Shown: piece after piece, positions 1-9,457 of the stretch
How the letters are laid out: every line of letters begins with the position of its first letter
Position numbering within the stretch: the stretch's first letter is position 1
Source: Promethearchaeota archaeon
GTDB lineage: Archaea > Asgardarchaeota > Lokiarchaeia > Sigyniarchaeales > SOKP01
Length of the DNA stretch: 15,525 nt
Assembly: GCA_008080735.1 (NCBI GenBank)
Contig: SHMW01000093.1
Location: forward strand, 1-15,525
Reading direction: 5' to 3'
Notes under the pieces: model-generated
Told to the model about the DNA's origin: nothing
What the model saw: only the letters and a program-made list of their open reading frames with translations
The model's database searches: none
Translations under genes and position numbers: made by a program

Positions 1-72
1 ATGTAAAAAATTATATGTCCTTAACCCTAAAAATTAATATAGATAAGAAAGACATTCAATTAGAGTTTATTC

Positions 73-342
73 ATGTCTAATGTGTATTATGTGTATATTT
101 TAGAGACATTGTCCCGGAATGGAAAAAGCATGTACTATACAGGTTATACCAATGACCTATATCGTAGATTGGATGAGCATCGAAACGATCGTGGTGCCCA
201 ATTCACTAAAGGGAGGGAAATCCAATTAAAATATTTTGAATCATTCACAAACAGAAAAGAAGCCATGCATCGTGAATTAGAAATCAAGTCATTTTCTCGA
301 AAAGAAAAAGAGAATCTAATAAAACGATTTCAAAAGAGCTGA
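73..342 (+). CDS. GIY-YIG nuclease family protein (UPF0213/SLX1-like stand-alone domain)
   Basis: 89 aa. YYVYILE...YYTGYTNDLYRRLDEH (GIY-YIG motifs with the catalytic Arg), GAQFTK, and EAMHRELEIK (metal-binding Glu). Confidence 0.92.
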   Translation: MSNVYYVYILETLSRNGKSMYYTGYTNDLYRRLDEHRNDRGAQFTKGREIQLKYFESFTNRKEAMHRELEIKSFSRKEKENLIKRFQKS

Positions 343-346
343 TGAT

Positions 347-1147
347 GTGAAATTCACTAATAACTTTTTAATTTGTTTGACGGGATTACCAGCGTCGGGA
401 AAATCAACTTTTGCTCGTAAATTAAAAAAAATCATCGTCAAAGAGCAAAAGAAATATGAAGTTGCGGTTATTGATCCAGATATAATTCGATCTACTTTGA
501 TGGGAGAATCTTTTGACTCTGAAAAGGAACATATTGTAAGAAAAAAAAACTTAGAGCAAATAAAAGCGAGTCTTCAAGAAAATAAGATCGTCATAAGCGA
601 TGATATTAACTATTATACCAGTATGAGGCATGAATTAAAGGAGATTGCGATAAATTTACGATTACCCTTTTTTATTGTACATATCTCAACTCCATTAAAG
701 ATTTGTCTTGAATGGAATCGAAAGCGAGGCAAGCCAATCCCGAACGAGGTTATATGTACAATCGCAGACAGATTTGATATGTTCGATAAATATAAATGGG
801 AATCTCCCGATCTGATCATCGATATGTCCAAAGTCTCTAAAATAGATCCGATAATATACAATTTTCTTAAATATATAGATAAACAGCTTAGGAAAATATC
901 TCCAACTGGAAAAGAAAAAAGCACTAGCCCAGAAAAGACAAACTACAGAGAAGAATTAGATTCTATTACACGATCGATAGTTGGGGAATTTTTACGACAG
1001 CATAAGCAATTTAAAAAAAGAAAAAAGCTATTGAAAGCAAGAAAACAGTTTATTAAGATGAAGTTGGATGAAAATTTATCTCATAAAGCAATTGAGACCC
1101 AATTTAAAGAATTTTTAAGAAATTCGTTCAATTTGGATTTAAAATGA
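347..1147 (+). CDS. pstK: O-phosphoseryl-tRNA(Sec) kinase (PSTK)/Kti12-family P-loop kinase
   Basis: P-loop LTGLPASGKST, D.IR, ISDDINYYTSMRHEL, RGKPIPNEVI and KYKWESP resemble archaeal PSTK motifs. Basic helical C-terminal domain is consistent with tRNA binding. GTG start lies 4 nt after the upstream stop. Confidence 0.8.
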   Translation: MKFTNNFLICLTGLPASGKSTFARKLKKIIVKEQKKYEVAVIDPDIIRSTLMGESFDSEKEHIVRKKNLEQIKASLQENKIVISDDINYYTSMRHELKEIAINLRLPFFIVHISTPLKICLEWNRKRGKPIPNEVICTIADRFDMFDKYKWESPDLIIDMSKVSKIDPIIYNFLKYIDKQLRKISPTGKEKSTSPEKTNYREELDSITRSIVGEFLRQHKQFKKRKKLLKARKQFIKMKLDENLSHKAIETQFKEFLRNSFNLDLK

Positions 1148-1148
1148 G

Positions 1149-2270
1149 TTATTTGATTTCCAGAGGTTCGCGCCATTTAATGTTTGAGAATACATCATCC
1201 ACCAAATTCTTAGCAGAATTAAAAGTGCTAGTATCTCCTTTAAAATTCTTCAAGGATGCCTTATATTGTGATTCGAACTTAGTTAGCAAGACTTTTATCA
1301 TAGAAAGAAGCAATTCTGATTCTTTTGCAGACATTAGCATAACGAAACAATAATCTCCAAATGCGAATAATAATTTATTCTCACCTTGATCTATGGAATT
1401 AATCTTGTTTTTCTTAGAACCAGAAATCTCCTGCAAAATTGCGTTTATCCCAACTAATGCTCCACCTACTAAATGTGAATCCAATTCTTTATTACTTAAT
1501 GCGAATAGTGGTAAACCGCTATTTAACACAAAAATAATACCTTTAATATCCAAAAATATTTTGAAAGAAATCCGATTTAAACGAGCGGCGATGAGAAACA
1601 AATTGGTCACCAGCCAAGCAGCTAATACAAAATTGCCACCTAAATCAAAAAGAACGTCCAAAACTGGTATTGTAATTAATGCATCGATAAATGCCAGAAT
1701 GCTTCCAAAAAGAAGTATTAAAGTACTTTTTTTATACAAATTACTCTTATAAAGTAAGAGACATAATTGAATGAGATAAAAAGAAAATCCGCCTAACCCG
1801 TATAATTTCGAAATTGCTAGAAGTATTTGAACGGAAAATTCAACATCGGTGTTTAGTAAAAATAAAAATCCTATGGTATTTGTTCGTATAGAAGGTAAGA
1901 ATAAAGTTAAGATGAAAACAGCGGTAATTAGATTTGTTCCAATAAGAAAATTTAAAGATTTCCAGAGTAAATTCTTATGATCTTCAAAGACCTTTAAATC
2001 AATAATAACATGAAAACCGATCATTCCAAGAAAAATATCAAAAACATATCGATATTGATCGTAATTAACTCTCTCTACCATTCCTAATTCAATTAGAAAT
2101 CGTATCGCGGAAAATTCTAATACATAAAACACAAAAAGCACGAGACTCAGAAATATTTTCGAAAGGATTGGGGCGGTGTGTCTTGATTTTAAAGAAGCTT
2201 GTATAAGGATATAAAATAGTAAGCAAGAGGAGCCTAATATTCCGATAAATAGAATTAATGAGACAATCAA
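1149..2270 (-). CDS. Multi-pass (about 7 TM) membrane protein with a C-terminal cytoplasmic longin/roadblock-like domain
   Basis: About 7 hydrophobic segments in aa 1-230. They are followed by IKGIIFVLNSGLPLF...DSHLVGGALVGINAILQEI...IDQGENKLLF...FESQY...FKGDTSTF, a pattern typical of Asgard longin-like domains. TTG start is uncertain. Confidence 0.7.
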   Translation of the reverse strand: MIVSLILFIGILGSSCLLFYILIQASLKSRHTAPILSKIFLSLVLFVFYVLEFSAIRFLIELGMVERVNYDQYRYVFDIFLGMIGFHVIIDLKVFEDHKNLLWKSLNFLIGTNLITAVFILTLFLPSIRTNTIGFLFLLNTDVEFSVQILLAISKLYGLGGFSFYLIQLCLLLYKSNLYKKSTLILLFGSILAFIDALITIPVLDVLFDLGGNFVLAAWLVTNLFLIAARLNRISFKIFLDIKGIIFVLNSGLPLFALSNKELDSHLVGGALVGINAILQEISGSKKNKINSIDQGENKLLFAFGDYCFVMLMSAKESELLLSMIKVLLTKFESQYKASLKNFKGDTSTFNSAKNLVDDVFSNIKWREPLEIK

Positions 2271-2450
2271 TTTCTTAAAATAACGAATAAAAATATTTAT
2301 TATTTACCTATATAGAGAATATCTCCAAGGTTCGTTTTTCTTAAAACTATAAGTTTATAATCTCCTTGCGGATTGATCCGTCACACTGAATTTTATAACC
2401 TATAACAAAAAAGAAAATAAACAATCCTTACTTTTACTTCTTGAAATTAA

Positions 2451-4760
<2,310 letters not shown>

Positions 4761-4771
4761 ACTCTTTATTA

Positions 4772-4796
4772 CCTTTTTCATTCTATTCTTTCTTTA
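4772..4796 (+). terminator. Putative T-rich archaeal terminator of cdc48
   Basis: Pyrimidine/T tract (cctttttcattctattctttcttt) shortly after the stop codon at 4760. Confidence 0.4.
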
Positions 4797-4917
4797 AATT
4801 AATATTTAGATATGTAATATTTTCACTTTTTATCTCACTTTTTTATAGAAGGATTTATTAATCTGAAAGATAAACTATTCTTCGTCAATAATATATCATA
4901 ATGTATATAAGTGATTT

Positions 4918-6123
4918 TTGGATATGAACCAAATAAAAATTGATTGGAATGGACATATAAAAAAATATCAGGCTGCGATGGAGGAACTTAACCTTGATTT
5001 TTGCATATTAACACGAGTAAAGTCGATCACATACCTTGCAGGGTGTTTTGTACCGTGGAAAAGTACTATTTTACTCCCTCGAGAAGGCCAAGGGGATCCA
5101 ATCCTCTTTACCGTTCTATTAGATGTCGAACGAGTGAAAGCAGAAGGTCAACTCGAAGTTGAGGGTTGGGGGCCTATGAAAGGATTTAATTGGGAGAAAA
5201 AGATTCAACGAGCAGCCAAAAAATTGGGAGTATATGAACCGAAAGGAAGCGGACCACGCATAGGAGTTGAATTGGGACTTGATATCTGTGTAACGGGTCA
5301 ATTATTGTCTTACACAGAAGCTCAACTTTTAGAGAGGATATTCCCGGGTTGTGAACTTGTAGATTTTAATCCTAAGACAGAACGGATCCAATTAATTAAG
5401 GAGCCAGAAGAAATTGAAATGTTGAGAAAAGCAAGTGAAATCACGGATATCGGACAAGATGCTGTGAAAGAGGCATTACAAAATCGGTCGGATGGGAAAA
5501 TTTTTACCGAGAATGAAATTGCGGGAATTGGGACTTTAGCGATGAGAAAGGCGGGGAGCAATTATGAGTGGACATTTACGGGAAATGAAGAAATCGGGTC
5601 GGGGTATAGGGCAAGCTGGACCTTTAATGGATGTACCCCTGCCACTAATAAAAAGATAGGGGAGGGAGAATCGTTATTAGTGGATCTACATAGTGAATAT
5701 GGATGTTATTTAGGCGATTTAAGCCATAATTATGTCTTAGGAGAGTGCTCTCAAGAATTAAAAAAATTCAATGATGTCTATGAGCAGATGTGTTATGCAC
5801 TCATAGATAACATGAATCCCGGAACCACCTTTGATGAATGCTATGAGGAAGTAAAAAAGGTTGCGCAGAAGGAGGGGTTTGAAAATGACCTTTTCTTTGG
5901 ATTAGGACATGGAATAGGATGTATCGGAAATGAATCCTACCCCGTTGTGCTTCCCGGAAAAGATTGGGGAGATATGCAATTTGAAGAGAATATGGTTGAA
6001 ATTGCAGCTGTTGTATTTAATCGACCAGGATTGGGGGGATTACGCCTGGAAGCTCCCACACTAGTAACCAAAAATGGAGCAGAAATGCTTCCAAAAACCC
6101 AAATCGAAGTAGATTACGTATAA
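4918..6123 (+). CDS. M24 family (Xaa-Pro peptidase/creatinase-like, pita-bread fold) protein with an atypical active site
   Basis: Creatinase-N-like domain, then IKEPEEIEMLRKA, LLVDL, YLGDLSH, GHGIG and GGLRLE. The real start may be the ATG at 4924. Confidence 0.85.
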   Translation: MDMNQIKIDWNGHIKKYQAAMEELNLDFCILTRVKSITYLAGCFVPWKSTILLPREGQGDPILFTVLLDVERVKAEGQLEVEGWGPMKGFNWEKKIQRAAKKLGVYEPKGSGPRIGVELGLDICVTGQLLSYTEAQLLERIFPGCELVDFNPKTERIQLIKEPEEIEMLRKASEITDIGQDAVKEALQNRSDGKIFTENEIAGIGTLAMRKAGSNYEWTFTGNEEIGSGYRASWTFNGCTPATNKKIGEGESLLVDLHSEYGCYLGDLSHNYVLGECSQELKKFNDVYEQMCYALIDNMNPGTTFDECYEEVKKVAQKEGFENDLFFGLGHGIGCIGNESYPVVLPGKDWGDMQFEENMVEIAAVVFNRPGLGGLRLEAPTLVTKNGAEMLPKTQIEVDYV

Positions 6124-6124
6124 T

Positions 6125-6185
6125 TGTTTCTTTTTTGTTTTTTTGTTATTTCATGAATAACTTTCAATCTAAAAATATAAAAAAA
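6125..6185. terminator. Bidirectional T-tract terminator region between the convergent M24 and aminotransferase genes
   Basis: Plus-strand tract tttcttttttgtttttttg after 6123. The A tract aaaaatataaaaaaa just before 6186 is a T tract on the minus strand. Confidence 0.55.
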
Positions 6186-7340
6186 TCAGAGATTTGACAT
6201 GAATTTCTCCAGACGATCCATTGCCTCATTTAGTTTTCCTATTTCAGTAGCGTAAGAAATTCGTAATTTATCCGCAGAATATGAACCGAACACGTGTCCG
6301 GGAACGATCGCAACGCCGATCTCCTTCATTACACGCTCAGAAAAATCTTGTCCTGTCATATTGAAATTCTTTACGGATGGCATAATATAAAATGCTCCTT
6401 TTGGTTTTACGACTTCAAATCCCATCTGTATTAACCGATTATGAGCAGTATCACGCCGTTCTCTAAAGGTCGTTAAAATATCATCAAAAAATGTATTCTC
6501 CATTTTTAATGCTTCAATAAAGCCGTATTGTGCCGCATGATTCGTGCCCGCAATCGTATATTGATGATATTTTTCCATTAAATCAATAATCTCAGCACGT
6601 GCGACCGCATACCCCAACCGAAAGCCTGTGGCAGAATATAATTTCGACATCGCATTCAAGGTAATCGTTCGCTCAAACATCTCCTCTCGGGAGGCGGGAC
6701 TGAAAAACTCCATCCCATCATAAAGGTAATTCTCATAGACTTCATCTGAAATAAGATAGAGATCCTCTTCTAAAACAATTTGCATCAATTCATCCAATTC
6801 ACTGCGACTCATCGCATAGCCCGTGGGATTATTCGGTGAATTGATCAAGATGGCTTTTGTTTTATCCGTGATAGCATCCCGCATCTGCTCGAAGTCGGGA
6901 CTAAAATCGTCTTTTCTCTCGATCTCTTTCACCTCAACCCCATAAAAAGGGCCTAAGTAAAAATAAGAGATAAAATTCGGAGAATTGACGATTAATTCGT
7001 CGCCGGGATTAAACAGGGAGGCAAACGTGAGAGAGAGGGCTTGACTCCCACCGTTTGATACAATGATATTTTTGTTCCACTCGGTTTCAATATGATTAAA
7101 ATCGTGTAATTTCTTCTCGATCTGCTGCAATAACTCCGGAACCCCTCTCGTGGGGGCATAATGCGTGATATTTTTGTCCAGAGCGGCTTTATTCGCGTTG
7201 ATGATTGGCTCGGGCGTGTCAAAATCGGGCTGCCCAATACCCAGGCTAATCACATCTGAACGCCCCGCTGCAAGATCAAATAATTCACGTATCTTTGACT
7301 TGGGGGTTTTTTCTTTGAGAATTCGTGAAAGTTCCTTCAT
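6186..7340 (-). CDS. PLP-dependent class I/II aminotransferase (aspartate aminotransferase-like)
   Basis: LGIGQPDF, INSPNNPTG, ISDEVYE, NAMSKLYSATGFRLGY (PLP lysine), PKGAFY and LRISYA. Confidence 0.95.
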   Translation of the reverse strand: MKELSRILKEKTPKSKIRELFDLAAGRSDVISLGIGQPDFDTPEPIINANKAALDKNITHYAPTRGVPELLQQIEKKLHDFNHIETEWNKNIIVSNGGSQALSLTFASLFNPGDELIVNSPNFISYFYLGPFYGVEVKEIERKDDFSPDFEQMRDAITDKTKAILINSPNNPTGYAMSRSELDELMQIVLEEDLYLISDEVYENYLYDGMEFFSPASREEMFERTITLNAMSKLYSATGFRLGYAVARAEIIDLMEKYHQYTIAGTNHAAQYGFIEALKMENTFFDDILTTFRERRDTAHNRLIQMGFEVVKPKGAFYIMPSVKNFNMTGQDFSERVMKEIGVAIVPGHVFGSYSADKLRISYATEIGKLNEAMDRLEKFMSNL

Positions 7341-7634
7341 AATACTAATTTCATTCCTATAGTTTAATTATTTTTATTTATGATCGATTCAATTTAAGGA
7401 ATCGCACAATCATTATTCAACACAGATCTATAGAGCTATCAAAAATTCCCATTAATTTGATTGATCCTTTTCAAGTGTTCAGAAAAAAGACCTAAAAAGG
7501 ACTTACTATTCTATTTGGTGATTCTATCAATTAATATATCGGGAAAAAGGTAAATGAATGTTTTGGTCAAGCACCTAAATGAATTTCACATGAGATTAGA
7601 ATAAATCAAAAAGATTTTAATACCCTAAATCAGA

Positions 7635-8186
7635 CTATAAATCTTCTCCATAATTCCTGAGAATTTGTTTTACGAGATTTTGGAAGGCTTGTTCTACATT
7701 TTCTCCAAATTTCGCGCTGGTTTCAATAAAATCGCATGCGTTAATTTGATCTGCTAAACTTTGGCCTTCCTCAGTTGGAACGATGCGTTGATCCTCTAAA
7801 TCGATTTTATTGCCAATTAAGATATATGCGCCTTCTTTCTTCACGTATTTTTTGAAATCCGCGAGCCACTTGTTTTTAATCTCGGAGAACGTGTTATGAC
7901 GGGTTACATCATAGACTAATAATGCACCTACACAACCCTGGAAATACATACTTCGAATTACATTATATTTTTCTTGACCAGCGAGATCCCACACAATGAG
8001 TCGAATTTTTGCATTAGATTCCTCTAATCTTACATCCTTTCGGATTATATTTGCTCCAAGCGTGGGCTTATAGTCCTCCTGGAAAGAGCCCTCAACATAT
8101 CGGTTAATAAGGCTTGTCTTACCGACCGCTGCCTCTCCCAGAAGTACTAGCTTAAAGACATATTCCTTTAGCTCTTCTGTTGACAT
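7635..8186 (-). CDS. Rab-like small GTPase (Ras superfamily) with no C-terminal prenylation motif
   Basis: G1 GEAAVGKT, G2 PTLG, G3 WDLAGQE, G4 GNKID, G5 ETSAK. RabF-like segments RLIVW, YFQGC and LVYDVT. Confidence 0.95.
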   Translation of the reverse strand: MSTEELKEYVFKLVLLGEAAVGKTSLINRYVEGSFQEDYKPTLGANIIRKDVRLEESNAKIRLIVWDLAGQEKYNVIRSMYFQGCVGALLVYDVTRHNTFSEIKNKWLADFKKYVKKEGAYILIGNKIDLEDQRIVPTEEGQSLADQINACDFIETSAKFGENVEQAFQNLVKQILRNYGEDL

Positions 8187-8192
8187 TTTAAA

Positions 8193-8214
8193 TCCTCAGA
8201 TTGATATTTATATA
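8193..8214 (-). promoter_or_regulatory. TATA-like box (TATATAAA, 8214-8207) and SD-like GAGGA (8197-8193) upstream of the GTPase
   Basis: Both motifs lie in the 38-nt gap between the V4R gene stop and the GTPase ATG. TATA spacing would place the TSS near the ATG. Confidence 0.35.
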
Positions 8215-8224
8215 TAGTTATAGA

Positions 8225-8791
8225 TTATTTATTTTTTTTCTCAATTTTTAAATTTATAGTAAAGGTATTATGATCTGGATCGTGGGGATCTTCATTTTGC
8301 GACTCATAAACTACACGTTCATCAGAAGTCAAGGTCTTTTCAAGGGTATGAACTAAAAACCCTTTGAACAAATCGCAAGAGATTCCAATTTCCGAGCAGA
8401 AAATACAATTACGTACATGAATAGTGACGTGTTCTGCATTCTGCTCGAGAATTTGTACGTCCCATTTCGTATCTATGAGTTCGGTGATTTCATTAATACT
8501 TTCTTCAAACCCTTTTCCGAATGGAAAAAGATAAAAAGAAAACTTGCGACCGATCTCGAATAATAAATCATTGCACTCGAATAACAAGCAATTTTGCGCT
8601 GAAATTATTTTTTTAAAGGAGAAGAAGTCAATTTGCTGCTCTTGATCAATGGATCTTTGGTCCTTCAATTCAAGCAATCCTGCCTCTCTTAGGATGGATT
8701 TCATCCCATCATAATCAAGTGTATCTAGGTATGCTTGAAGGAGCGCAGTGACTACTTTATTCCGTACATTACCTTTATAGTCCCCAATCAT
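8225..8791 (-). CDS. V4R/H-NOX-like (Bet3/TRAPP-related fold) putative ligand- or Zn-binding protein
   Basis: Helical N-terminus (LLQAYLDTLDYDGMKSILREAGL), EIGRKF helix, and V4R-like VTIHVRNCIFC...SCDLFKGFL (C129, C132, C139) followed by a final beta hairpin. Confidence 0.72.
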   Translation of the reverse strand: MIGDYKGNVRNKVVTALLQAYLDTLDYDGMKSILREAGLLELKDQRSIDQEQQIDFFSFKKIISAQNCLLFECNDLLFEIGRKFSFYLFPFGKGFEESINEITELIDTKWDVQILEQNAEHVTIHVRNCIFCSEIGISCDLFKGFLVHTLEKTLTSDERVVYESQNEDPHDPDHNTFTINLKIEKKNK

Positions 8792-8844
8792 TAGAAACGC
8801 AGTCTATTATTCTTAATCGATTAAATAGAGATTCACACACAAAT

Positions 8845-9279
8845 TTACAAATTCAGAAGAGATAGATCGAATTGTGGCTCATCGGCGCGAGTTATTGTTT
8901 CGTCTGTTTCATAAATATAGACTTCCCCGGTAACAGACACGATGCTTGGTTGTCCTAAATGCCCACCAAGGATGCTATAGTCTTCTCTGGCGACCATAAA
9001 ATGGAGATGAACCATAGGCTTGCCGTCTTTATAGGCGACATTCCCCATACAGCTTACTAATTCGACGGGCTCCTCAAAAGTTTTGAACTGGTATTCCTTT
9101 GTATCAATGTTAAAATAACCAATGGTAAACTTCTTGAGCGCGCCAATCACATTTATCAAGCCAGATTTTACCTTATATTTTTCCACTAGTTCGGTAATTG
9201 CATCTGTTAATTCTTCATCTGGCATAACGCGTCCAATAATCACTCGAGTAGCGTTTGTTTCTTTACTCTTCATATTCAA
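8845..9279 (-). CDS. PPC domain (DUF296/AF0104-like) putative DNA- or Zn-binding protein
   Basis: IGAL, ELVSCMGNV, HLH and GGHL motifs, and VTGEVYI. Confidence 0.92.
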   Translation of the reverse strand: MNMKSKETNATRVIIGRVMPDEELTDAITELVEKYKVKSGLINVIGALKKFTIGYFNIDTKEYQFKTFEEPVELVSCMGNVAYKDGKPMVHLHFMVAREDYSILGGHLGQPSIVSVTGEVYIYETDETITRADEPQFDLSLLNL

Positions 9280-9457
9280 ATCACAATAGTATTGCTTAAT
9301 AAAACTATCTAATTAAAATTGAGGACATCTTTAAAACTCTTGTATTATAAGATGTGAAAAGGTCAAAATGGCACGTCAACAAAAAGGTTCATAAAGTAAG
9401 AAAATCTATCGAGATGTATTACGTAATCGTATTAGTATCGTATAGAGTGAATGTAAA

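Noticed and set aside
340-360. Tandem TGA TGA at the end of the GIY-YIG gene next to pstK, as possible selenocysteine readthrough
   Set aside because: The domain is already complete, readthrough adds only a few residues before TAA, and no SECIS-like element was recognised.
613-1752. ORFs 613-924(-), 1144-1353(+) and 1393-1752(+)
   Set aside because: Antisense shadows of well-supported genes, with no recognisable motifs.
2369-2380. Palindrome CGGAT-TG-ATCCG upstream of a TATA-like TTTTATAA in the cdc48 promoter region
   Set aside because: Only 5-bp arms and a single copy; I cannot tie it to a known heat-shock operator.
6992-7362. ORFs 6992-7237(-) and 7165-7362(+)
   Set aside because: They overlap the aminotransferase and have no coding hallmarks.
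7638-7649. GTPase C-terminus GEDL resembling a KDEL/HDEL retrieval signal
   Set aside because: A cytosolic protein with no signal peptide in a prokaryote; the resemblance is coincidental.
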